NCBI RefSeq assembly: GCF_963676685.1
Contig: NC_092356.1
Span: 49,662,001-49,726,000 of the forward strand
Reading direction: 5' to 3'
Length of the DNA stretch: 64,000 bases
Source of the DNA: Mytilus edulis
Lineage: Eukaryota
The notes beneath the pieces were generated by a model that saw only the letters and a list, made by a program, of their open reading frames with translations, searched no databases and had not been told where the DNA came from. A program made the translations under genes and the position numbers. Positions 52,701 to 64,000 of the stretch are shown here, piece after piece. Within the stretch, counting starts at the first letter, position 1. Each line of letters opens with the position of its first letter.

Positions 52701-55700
52701 ATATATATTTTTTGAAAAGTGATATCTATCCCATTTATTTATCAAATTGCGATGCATCGTTTAAGGTTGCCATGGGCGGCGGAAGAACGAGGTTTTTACC
52801 TAATACCACTACTGATACAGAGGACGGCAGCAAGGGTAAAAGAACTGATGGCTTGAATCTGGTATCTGTAAGTAATGCTCTTTTTTCATAATTTTCCTTT
52901 CAAAAAGTATATTTTCTTCCTCAACTGAATGATTATTTTTGCCGAGTCACTATGAAAATATATTGATAGACTTAGACCAAATAACTTTAAATTTTTGAAA
53001 AAACTAAGGATTTTCTTATTCCAGGCATAGATTACCTTAGCCGTATTTTGCACAACTTTTTGGAATTTTGGATCCTCAATGCTCTTCAACTTTGTACTTG
53101 TTTGGCTTTATAAATATTTTGATATGAGCGTCACTGATGAGTCTAATGTAGACGAAACGCGCGTCTGGTGTACAAAATTATAATCCTGGTACCTTTGATA
53201 ACTTTTTACTTATACAATTGAGCAAGAAAGGCTTTTTGAATTTTCAGGAATGGCAAAAGAAACAAAATGAAAAGGGAAGGCGTAATCAATATGTAACTAA
53301 TAAACTGGAATTTGAAAGGATAGATCCAGCTACCACAGACTCTGTACTAGGTATGTATAAATTATTATGCATACTGAAACCTTTTTTTATTTTACATATA
53401 AGAAAAAATAGATGGGGTAAAATAACCATTCTAATGCAACAACGTTTGTAACGTTCATTTTGATTGGATAACGTCACTTTCAGTTTCTTACACGGCATCA
53501 ATTGACAATTGATGCTATGGGACGTACGCGCAAGCGCAGACGGCATATGACAGATTTTAAATACATGTTTTAACGTTGTTTTCTGTCAGTTTCATTAGAA
53601 TGGAGATAACAATATTGTATTTTAAGCTCCGACGGCATCAATTGGGGATTTGATGGTCGCAAATACCCGTTTACTGTCTCCGCTAACGCGTCGCCAGTAA
53701 ACTTAATGTGCGACCATCAAATGCCCAATTGATGCCGTCGGAGCTTAAAATACAATACAGTTATCTCCTAAATGAGACAACTCTCCACCAGAAATCAAAG
53801 TACAAGGATGTAAACAACAATAAAGCCATTCAACAATGAGCAAAATGTATACTGTATAGTAATCTGTAAAAGATCCCGTCATGTTAAAATGTGAAACAAC
53901 TCAAAAAGGAAAAATAATGGCCTGGTTTACACAAGAAAGGAGAAACGAAAATAGCTCAATCTTTTGTGATAGAAATGGGAAAAAAAAACAAATAAAAAAC
54001 ATATAATTGCAATTACCAAATATGAAAAAAGAAGTCTTTACAAATGAGATGAAATGAAATTTGAGAGACAAAAAATATAAAGATTACACAAGCATGCATT
54101 TGAATTTCCAAAAAATATTTATTATAGCCACGTGTTTGGTTTTTTTGTGTGTGTGGGGTTTTTTTTTTTGTTTGTTTGGGTTTTTTTTTGTTTTTTGGGG
54201 GGGGGGGGGGGGGGTATATATACGTTTATGTATGTGTGAAATAAAATGAATCATATTACTATTTATATAACAAGGCCTATTTGAATCATCACATATGCAG
54301 TATGAAGTGGATAGAAATAAAGCAAACGACGGAGAGCCTAGCTTAGAGGAAATGACTGAAAAAGCAATTAAAATCCTTAAAAAGAACACGAAAGGATTTT
54401 TCTTATTGGTTGAAGGTAAGACAGTTTCGTAATTAATGTATAGCATAGGATCAGATTCCCCTATAATTGTTATACGTCATCTAATGAGATGCAGATTTTA
54501 TAGATTTACTTATCTCTGAAAACCCGGATGTTGAGGACAAACACTCAGCATGATTGTATTACTTTAACTTATAACATGTACAGCAGTAATGCATATCAAT
54601 TTGTAAAATTGGAAAGTAAACATTTACATTGTGTTTAACTATATTAATATATAATAATAAATAAATTAACGAAAAATCTAATAAAATGTACAGTTAAATA
54701 GACTTTTTAGTGTTTTATGTTAAGCGTACTTATATTATCAATCTTAGCAAATTTTTGCTTATTCTAATTTTCTCCTATAGCATGTTTAGAGAACAGATTT
54801 TACTCTATTTTTTGTTGTTTTATTTACACCTGCTGGAAATGTAAACAATTATACAGTCCATACTATAATGAATAAGTTTCACAATAATCCTAATAAAAAG
54901 GATTCTCTGATCAATAATCACTGGCAGATTCAATTTTGAAGTAAATTATCTGACTCAATAGAATATACTTTTTGTATTCTATTTTTGTGTAGATTTTGGC
55001 ATGGAAAGACAAATTTAACTAAAAATGAATTAATTTTAATCTGAAACACAATATAAGAATTAATATTCCAAATATATGATTTTGGTCTTGGTTAAAAGTG
55101 TCTTTGAAATATATATATATATGTATTTGGTTGAATATTTCTGTAACTTAAAAACGAAGTGATTAAAATGTAAGGATGTTTATATTTCAAATTCGGAAAA
55201 CATTCATTTGAATCAGGTATAAACGAAAACGCAGTTAAAAAAGGTAGCAATTATTTTATTTAAAATTCGTATCATAGGAACGAACTGTGTAAATGTTTTG
55301 ATATATTTTACTTGTATTTTAGTGATTGCAGTATGAAGCTACAATACTTGCATTGTTGAAGAACTATCCTGCAATAATATATTCTACAAAGTAAATTAAA
55401 TTGACATTTTTTTGTAAGTAAGAAGGGTTTAAGGTCTCGGAAGAGAGACCCACGTGCTCCAATTCTGGAATTGTGTCAAATTTGATTTCTCCCAGTTTGA
55501 GATTTTCTGCTGTTTTTTTGTGTTGGTGTTGGATTTTTTTCTCCAAAAAATGTTAAAAGGAAAAACCTGGAAAATTTAAAGATGATTATACGTATATATT
55601 TTAGGTGGTCGTATTGACCATGGTCATCATGACAATACTGCAAAGAGAGCATTAGAAGAAGTATTAACATTCGAGAACGCAGTGAGGAAAGCCATTAAAC

Positions 55701-58700
55701 TGACCAATCAGGAAGAGACATTAATAATAGTAACTGCTGACCATTCACACGTATTCAGTATAGGTGGATATCCGTACAGAGGAAATGATATTTTAGGTAA
55801 TGTTCCTGGAAAAGTCTTCGGACGATTTCCCCTGTGATTGTTTCGCTCAAAAGAACAAAGCCTGACGCATTATTGTAATCTACTGGATTGAAATATTGAA
55901 GTGACTTTTATAAATACAGTAAAATTGCATGTATACCCAAAATAACAAAATGTGTTTCGAAGCTGAATATAATTGTTCTAAACAGTTTCAAATTTTACAA
56001 GCTCTGAATGACGGCTTTCAATGCTACGGACTTTTTATGACCCGCAATGAAGTTGTGGATGCCATATACTTTTACCCTTGTCCGTCATTCCGTCATTCTG
56101 TCATTCCGTCATTCCACAACAAACCATTATACGGAGTTTCTTTTCTAAACGCCTTCAGATATTGGGCTGATATTTGGTATGTGAGTTAACCATGAAGTGT
56201 TACAGATCAAGTTTAAATTTTGTTCCGCTCCCCTAATTTTTGTCGAAATTACGCGCTTTGGACTTTGATAAATTGTTGAAAATCACAGTTAAACGGACTT
56301 TTTTTAAAACGCTTTCAGATATTGGGCTGATTTTTGGTATGTGAGTTAACCATAATGAGTTACAGATCAAGTTTAAATTTCGTTCCGCTCCCCTAATTTT
56401 TGTCGAAATTACGCGCTTTGGACTTTGATAAATTGTTGAAAATCACAGTTAAACAGACTTTTTTTTAAACGCTTTCAGATATTGGGCTGATTTTTGGTAT
56501 GTGAGTTAACCATAATGAGTTACAGATCAAGTTTAAGTTTCGTTCTGCTCTGCTAATTTTTGCCGAAATTACGCGCTTTGGACTTTTATAAATTGTTGAA
56601 AATCACAGTTATACAGACTTTTTTCTAAACGCTTTCAGATATTTGGCTGATTTTTGGTATGTGAGTTTACCATGATGAGTTACAGATCAAGTTTAAGTTT
56701 AATTCCGCTCCGCTGATTTTTGCCAAAACTAAGGGTTGACGGCTTTGAAAATTGTTGAAAATCACAGTTATACACTCAGACTTTTTTCTATACACCTTCA
56801 GATTTTGAGCTGCATGATTTTTTATATGTGAGACTACCATCATGTTTGTGTCCACATGTGTTATTGAAATTGCAGATTTTGAAACTTTTTGAGACGTGGC
56901 CATTCGTGTCGTTTTGACACCTCTAGTTTTATTTATATTTGAAATTCTAAAAAAAATCATATATAGTTTGTCAATATTCAACTTAATTTCAAAACTAATT
57001 AATGTTCGGAAGTAACTACATTGTATATTATTACAAGTTTATAAATATATCCAAGTTTTATATTGATACACTAAAGTTAAAGTTTAAGAAACATGAAATG
57101 GACATTTGATTTTAATCAATTATTTTGTACTAAACTAAAAGTAAATACATGAAATTTGTGTTGTTTGAACTCAAAGAACATAACATATGAAGTGACACTG
57201 TATTTAACAAAAAATTATCATTTTTAAAATTGTTTTCAAAAGACTGTAATTTTATGCATTACAGGTCTTGCCAATCCATTATTGTATGAGCCCTCGTTAG
57301 ATAAGTTACCGTATACAACAATATCTTATGGAAATGGACCGGGTATGAATTATACTATTGTAGGCAGAGAGAATATCACAGGAGTTGATACAAGTAAGTA
57401 TGATATGATTGTGTGAATGTCGTTTATGTTTGTTTTCTTTTTACGTCCCATTTATGGGCATTATGTTTTCTGGTCTGTGCGTCCGTCCGTCACTCCGTCT
57501 GTCCCGCTTCAGGTTAAAGTTTTTGGTCGAGGTATTTTTTTGATGAATTTGAAGTCCAATCAATTTGAAACTTAGTACACATGTTTCCTATGAGTATTAT
57601 GATCTTTTTAATTTTAACGCCATATTAAAATTTTACCCCATTTCTCGGTCCACTGAACATACTAGAAAATGATAGTGCGGATGGGGCATCCGTGTACTTG
57701 GGACACATTCTTGTTGTTAATAATTTTAATTATGTAATGACATTTAACCGGTGTTCAAGTGTTTCAAAGTTTCTTTGGTTCTCCCAATCATGTTTTTACT
57801 TCTGATGAGAACACACAAAAAACACCCAAAAAGCTTCAGATCAAACCAAAATATTTGTTTAATAAAAATGCACTGGGAGAATACATGTTCCGTCCATCTA
57901 TGAGACAATATGGTATTAACATATTGAAACAATCGAACAAGACACTAAAAAAAGTAAGATAAATTACCAATAGCAATCAAATCATCAGTATTAACAAAGC
58001 AGATAATAACATTACAAAAAAAAACACATTTAAGACAAACCTCAGTCGACAAAATATTTAGCAGAAAATGAAAGAATCTGCAACACGAATCCTATCAAGA
58101 ACCGTAGTTGAGAGCCGGTGCTTTAAAAGAGTCAGTATCTCCTGATCCACTTGTGATAACTTGTGGCGCACACCTGTATAACCTCTGCATAACAAAAATA
58201 CCTAACTCCAAGGAAAATTAAAAACGCAAAGTCATTTGTCAAATAGCAAAATCAAAAGCTCGATCAAATCAAACCGAATGGAAAACAACTGTCATATTTC
58301 TGACTTGGTACAGGTATTTACTTATGTAGAAAAATGGTATATTTGATATGCGGATTTTATTCTTTTGTTTGCACTTCAGCCAATTGTTTTCTAGAATTTC
58401 ATGCAGTTTGAGTATCAAAAAAAGAAAACAAAATGTCACGATGCCTTTCAGTTACTCAATTTATTTCTCTTCTGAAAGTAATTCTTAGGTTGAAAAGGTT
58501 TTCTGGAATGCTTTTCGAGTACATTGATATTAATTTTCAGATGAATAAAATAATTAGCCTGGGATTGAATGATGATAATTCGTAGTAGATAACCATTAAA
58601 ATGTTGGTTTTTTTGGTCGAGGTATTTTTTTGATGAATTTGAAGTCCAATCAATTTGAAACTTAGTACACATGTTTCCTATGAGTATTATGATCTTTTTA

Positions 58701-60012
58701 ATTTTAACGCCAAATTAAAATTTTACCCCATTTCTCGGTCCACTGAACATTCTAGAAAATGATAGTGCGGATGGGGCATCCGTGTACTTGGGACACATTC
58801 TTGTTGTTTATAATTTTAATTATGTAATGACATTTAACCGGTGTTCAAGTGTTTCAAAGTTTCTTTGGTTCTCCCAATCATGGTTTTACTTCTGATGAGA
58901 ACACACAAAAAACACCCAAAAAGCTTCAGATCAAACCAAAATATTTGTTTAATAAAAATGCACTGGGAGAATACATGTTCCGTCCATCTATGAGACAATA
59001 TGGTATTAACATATTGAAACAATCGAACAAGACACTAAAAAAAGTAAGATAAATTACCAATAGCAATCAAATCATCAGTATTAACAAAGCAGATAATAAC
59101 ATTACAAAAAAAAACACATTTAAGACAAACCTCAGTCGACAAAATATTTAGCAGAAAATGAAAGAATCTGCAACACGAATCCTATCAAGAACTGTAGTTG
59201 AGAGCCGGTGCTTTAAAAGAGTCAGTATCTCCTGATCCACTTGTGATAACTTGTGGCGCACACCTGTATAACCTCTGCATAACAAAAATACCTAACTCCA
59301 AGGAAAATTAAAAACGCAAAGTCATTTGTCAAATAGCAAAATCAAAAGCTCGATCAAATCAAACCGAATGGAAAACAACTGTCATATTTCTGACTTGGTA
59401 CAGGTATTTACTTATGTAGAAAAATGGTATATTTGATATGCGGATTTTATTCTTTTGTTTGCACTTCAGCCAATTGTTTTCTAGAATTTCATGCAGTTTG
59501 AGTATCAAAAAAAGAAAACAAAATGTCACGATGCCTTTCAGTTACTCAATTTATTTCTCTTCTGAAAGTAATTCTTAGGTTGAAAAGGTTTTCTGGAATG
59601 CTTTTCGAGTACATTGATATTAATTTTCAGATGAATAAAATAATTAGCCTGGGATTGAATGATGATAATTCGTAGTAGATAACCATTAAAATGTTGGTTT
59701 TTTTTGTTTACAGCTTCTGATAATTATGTGCAACAGAGTGCTGTTCCCGTCGCATCCGAGTCACATGGCGGAGAGGATGTACCTATATTTGCCATGGGAC
59801 CGATGTCACACCTCATTCATGGTGTTCAAGAACAACATTATGTTGGTCACGTGATGCAATTTGCTGCATGCGTGGGGAAGTATTCTAATAATTGCGACCG
59901 CAAAGTAACAAATCCACATTCGGCTTCTAGTGCAAATGAGATACAATTTTCCTTTTTAAGAATGATAATATATGGAATTTTAGGAGTAATACATTCAATG
60001 TGTCTATTTTAA
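46746..60012 (+). CDS. ALP: Alkaline phosphatase (tissue-nonspecific-like), 538 aa, signal peptide and probable GPI signal; exons 46746-46806, 48581-48816, 50289-50466, 52183-52358, 52766-52867, 53248-53350, 54275-54415, 55605-55796, 57265-57393, 59714-60012
   Basis: Ten GT-AG exons in consistent phase total 1617 bp. Motifs [17 protein letters not shown] (catalytic Ser), [37 protein letters not shown]; hydrophobic C-terminus after SASSA. Confidence 0.96.
53128..53171 (+). ncRNA. Minimal type I hammerhead ribozyme inside retrozyme fragment ~52985-53203, sense strand of ALP intron 5
   Basis: GCGUCA-CUGAUGA-GUCU(AAUGU)AGAC-GAAA-CGCGCG-UC^UGGUGU; predicted cleavage after C53165. Confidence 0.88.
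53426..53768. mobile_element. Non-autonomous fold-back element (15-bp IR bracket plus ~167-bp hairpin) in ALP intron 6
   Basis: ccattctaatgcaac (53426) / gtttcattagaatgg (53589); hairpin ggagataac..ttaagctccgacggcatcaattggg ... cccaattgatgccgtcggagcttaa..gttatctcc. Confidence 0.85.
56031..56929 (+). mobile_element. Helentron/HINE (pearl-like) non-autonomous element with ~4.3 x 160-bp internal tandem repeat
   Basis: T-rich start, (TCATTCCG)n microsatellite, 160-bp units at 56151/56311/56471/56631, 3' hairpin gtgtc-gtttt-gacac, then ctagtttt. Confidence 0.8.
57436..57713 (+). mobile_element. Short HINE-like element
   Basis: ttttacgtcccatttatgggc, (GTCC)n, and 3' ggggcatccgtgtacttgggacacattcttgtt. 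Confidence 0.65.
57520..59699 (+). repeat. Near-perfect 1090-bp tandem duplication in the last ALP intron
   Basis: ttttggtcgaggtatttttt at 57521 and 58611; duplicate ORFs 57759 and 58849; about 5 differences seen. Confidence 0.97.
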
Positions 60013-61661
60013 TATTGTACTGTTGTATTAGTTTTTTTTCTATTCTGATGTGTCATTATCCTGCAGATCATATTGCTATCATGTGTAAATGTTTAGTTAA
60101 TACAAATAGAAATATTTTTTTGTTTACATAGTTATATAAGAAGTTGTTAAAAAAGAAAAATCACAAAAATACTGAACTCCGAGGAAAATTCAAAACCGAA
60201 AGACCTTAATCAAAAGGCAAAATCAAAAGCTTAAACACATTAAACAAATTGATAACAACTTTCATGTTCCTTATTTCGTACAGGCATCTTCTTATGTAGA
60301 AAATGGTGGATTGAACCTGGGTTTAAAGCTAGCTAAACATCTCACTTGTATGACAGTCTTATCAAATTCAAAGAGACTTCTTGGAAGTTTTAAATGTTTA
60401 GAACATCTTTACACGCTTCAGTTTTACATTCTGATCATATTACCTTTTAAACAATACCAGGAATACAATCACCTTGTGGTTTCATTGGAAGTCCATATTA
60501 CGCGAATTTAAGCTCGCCTTGAGTTTTTTTTTCGCATTGTATGGTTCAAAATCAATTTTGAAGCACTAAATGCGCATTTCAATGATTAAAGTCTCACAGG
60601 AAGATACATGCAGATAGAATCTAAGTGAGTGTTCATAAACAACTCTTTAGAAGGATCCGTAGACTACGTTTTGTATCACCCCTTTCTATTGTTACGTGTA
60701 TCCATTAAACTGTTGCTGTAATTCCTTTCCCGATCTAACCCTCTTTAGATTCTACCTACGAATGCATTGTTACAAACTTCTTTTTCTGTTTATGCATGAA
60801 ATATTTTCTACTGTCTCAGCTAATAATATGATAGTTTGTCGGAAAGCTGTGGTACAAGGTTAGATTATCTTTCAAAAGCATAAGGAAACAGCAGTGCTCG
60901 TATTTTAGAAATAAGCTACAGTAGCCGTATGGTAACCTCTTAGTTCTTACATCTATGTAGATTTGGTCTCGGGTGAATAATAGTCTTGTTGAAAATCATA
61001 ACGTTTTCTATAGTCATACTTGTTTCATTTACACTCCCTTCAACAAATTAAATTGGTTTACAAGCAATTAAAAATCAAACAAGTTCTTTAAAGACAACAT
61101 ATGCCCCCTTCCACAAAAGCCGAATAAGTAATGTAAATATCATATTGACGTTTTGATTTGATCAAATGTTTTGCAGGACTTTTTACCGATTGCACCTGAA
61201 TGACGACGTGTAATGGATACTCTTTTGATACCATGGATTTGACATTTCATGATGAAAAACTGACCAGATCATATTTGAGTTCATCTCAATTGACACCTTA
61301 CTATGTTCAAAAGCTTTCTTTCACAGTGAGATTGTTTGATATTAAGTGTAGTTGACCACTCTATACAACATAGTTTGTCTATATGTTCATGATATACATG
61401 CAATTAAATGTTTTAATATAAATACTGCTTTCATTTTTACATGAGAAGTTGTAGAATAAAGGCAACAGTAGTATACCGCTAGCCAACTTAGAGACCTATA
61501 TAATAGTATAAATGCCAACGTTTCGCAAGAAATTCGGAAATGACTTAACTTTTGTTTGTATGTTACAAAACAGCAGAAACGACAAGAATAAGTTGCGCTG
61601 TGTTTTATGAACTAGCAATCAATTAAACTGGACACACATGTTATTCAGTTTACTTATCTCT

Positions 61662-63439
61662 TTAATTGGCAACAATAAGATGTCCTGTGAAAATAGATAC
61701 TGGCAAACCATCAACCGATCCAATAATGACTTGGTTAATCTGTCCATCAGGGTCAACATTCCATACTTCATCTCCAATATCCAGGTGTAGTGCTAAGGTT
61801 AAGGTGGCTCTGCCATACTGGCCATCATGAAAATGATCGGCGTAGAGAAGACCAATTATATTCCCATTGTGACGAATGTTGGCGTGTGTATTGACAACAT
61901 TCCCGCCAATTGTCAGTGTAAACTGGTACACCCCTGCCACTGGTGCTCGGAATATGCCTGTTTTAGTACTGTATCCATTTCCTACATTGACGGACGTTTT
62001 ATCAAAAATGATCACTTGACCATTTGGTACGTTAACCAAGTTGTGTGATAGCAATGCAGAAAACACTACTGCTTTTCCTGAAACGATAGATAGTGGTTTG
62101 GTTATTTGCAACACTACAGCTGTTAAAATATTCACCTGTTTTATCAAATAAAAGACTTATCATGGGAAGCTTCTCTGATTAACCTACACGATGTGTGTGA
62201 TTTAGACCTAATTAAGTCTAATATAAGTTATATGTTATGTATTTGTTTCCCAATTTTCAGTATATTTGTTGCTTTTATTTACAATGATGTAAAATGTCCA
62301 TCAATGACAATACGACATACGCTAGCTTTTAACTTGTAGCTTATTCTGTATGCTTGATTGATTAGTGTTTAACGCCAATCAGTACTACTGCATAATTTGA
62401 GGAGGTCCGTTTTTAATTGATAGTGTGCCAGAACTTCGGCAAGAAAGTTTAAAAAAAATCCAGTCAATTAAATCGAGCCCATCTGCTACGTTCGGATTTA
62501 GTGCTGTAACACCACTGCAATATGTTTCAAAGGGTGGAGTGTGCACAATAAGTGTTGTGAGCCAGTCCGAGCTCAGTACCCTGTAATTCAGTGGTTGTTG
62601 CAGTTATTGTTTTATACTGTTTTTCGTTTATCGTTTTTTAATGAATCAGGTTTTTGTAAGTTTTTCGTTTTTGTTTGCATTTTTTGTTTGAATAGTTTCA
62701 AATTATGTCATGTTGGAGCCTTTTGTTGCTGACTGTATGGTATGGGTTTTTCATATTGTTGATTGACGTACACCTTTCACCTAGTCATTAGGACTCTTGT
62801 GGATAGTTAGTTGTATCATCAACAATCCGGCACATTTCAATGTTTTATGTATTATAACTTCTTTGGTGTACTTTTTTATGTTATTTAACATCTTTTTTGA
62901 ACCACACATTTCGTATGAAAATGAAGAGAAACCGTTTTCCTCTACATACTATGATTTTAATTTTAGTTCATTTATATGTTTTGGAGTAAAGTTTGGTGTC
63001 CATTTTAACTGAACTAGTACACTTTTTTTGTTTAGAGGTCAGCTAAAGCCCGTCTCCGGTTACAGGATTTTCTTGCTGTGTTTAAGATCCAAATAGTGGT
63101 TTACGGCTGTGTGATGCTCTTTGGTAGGGTTGTTGTCTCTTTGACACGTTCCCCATTTCCATTCTCAATTCTATTTTATCTCAAAATTGTTTTGCTCTCT
63201 CTTCAATTTTTGTGTTTAAAGGTTATAAATCAAATATTGAATTAAAATACTTCTAATTAATCATAACCTTCCTTACCTACATTGGATCCCGTATTAGATA
63301 AATTAAACTGCATGACATTGTTGTTTGCCTTCAATTCCGATATCTCCTTGTTCTTTTGTAGAAGGTCTTTCTGTATAGTATAAACACTGTTTTGTAGAGA
63401 TGTAATTTGTTTTTCTAGTTCCATTCTTAAATTCGATTC
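61662..63439 (-). CDS. C1q-domain-containing gene C, 5'-partial; exons 63439-63277 (coiled-coil) and 62077-61662 (gC1q); signal-peptide exon not found in the window
   Basis: gatag|GAA TCG AAT TTA AGA ATG GAA CTA GAA AAA (ESNLRMELEKQITSLQNSVY) ... GTA G|gtaagg; tttcag|GA AAA GCA GTA; gC1q motifs YSTKTGIFRAPVAGVYQF, GDEVW, FTGHLI. Confidence 0.9.
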
Positions 63440-63522
63440 CTATCATAAAAGAAAATAACATTTGTATTTCACGATATTTAAAGTTTTTATTGCATATTGA
63501 ATGAAAAATATGACATACATAT

Positions 63523-63776
63523 AGAATAATAGGTAGTTTCGTTTATGATACTGACTATATCATGTGGAATATCTAGACGAGCCCGTTAGGGCGAGTTAAG
63601 ATATTCCACATGATATAGTCAGTATCAAAACGAAACTACCTATTATTCTGTTTATCGGTAATTATGACGTCACACAATGTATTGCCTAATATTTTCAGTG
63701 ATACAGCCAGTACGTTGATACTCGAAAATATTAGGCAGTAAGATCAAAGGGAAAATATACGAATTACCGATAAACG
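63523..63776. mobile_element. Non-autonomous fold-back element (127-bp hairpin plus IR bracket)
   Basis: agaataataggtagtttcg..atcatgtggaatatct ... agatattccacatgat..cgaaactacctattattct; then gtttatcggtaatt ... aattaccgataaac. Confidence 0.85.
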
Positions 63777-64000
63777 GTTGTTCTCTGGATTTCTAAAAGA
63801 CATATTATGTTTTTAATGCAGGTTATATTTTAACATGGCTCATAACTTTTTAAAATGTGTTTTCTGCATTTATTTTAATCATTCATCATCAATTTCTTAT
63901 CCGGGCGAAACGTTTAAGATTTTTCCTCGACATCGTGCTGATTATATAATTTGATGTAAAATCACTACTAATTAACTGTGTATTATTAAAATAAACCACG

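Noticed and set aside
56151-56800. CRISPR-like regular repeats
   Set aside because: Eukaryotic context, whole 160-bp units repeat with no unique spacers, and no cas genes.

Overview
AT-rich, repeat-dense animal genomic DNA with four N-gaps. The gene families and repeats point to a bivalve, most likely a Mytilus mussel (inference). Genes rebuilt by hand from GT-AG junctions and intron phase: (1) a 4-coding-exon DZIP3-type HEPN + coiled-coil + nSTAND3-type NTPase + ankyrin gene (+, 11805-26558) with one frameshift and non-canonical catalytic residues. Upstream lies a repeat array holding four internally deleted, phase-compatible mini-copies of its first coding exon, one hit at its splice donor by a MULE transposon. 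(2) Three paralogous secreted coiled-coil/C1q-domain genes (-): one pseudogene, one intact, and one running off the window with an extra intron. (3) An intact 10-exon alkaline phosphatase (+, 46746-60012, 538 aa, probably GPI-anchored) lying between the C1q genes. Non-coding highlights: minimal type I hammerhead ribozymes in ~346-bp retrozyme-like repeats (one intact and sense-oriented in an ALP intron), three unrelated fold-back elements with one shared architecture, a self-nested Harbinger-type cluster, Penelope-like and L1/Tx1 relics, Helentron-like elements, and a 1090-bp near-perfect intronic tandem duplication. All coordinates were read by eye; no database searches were run.
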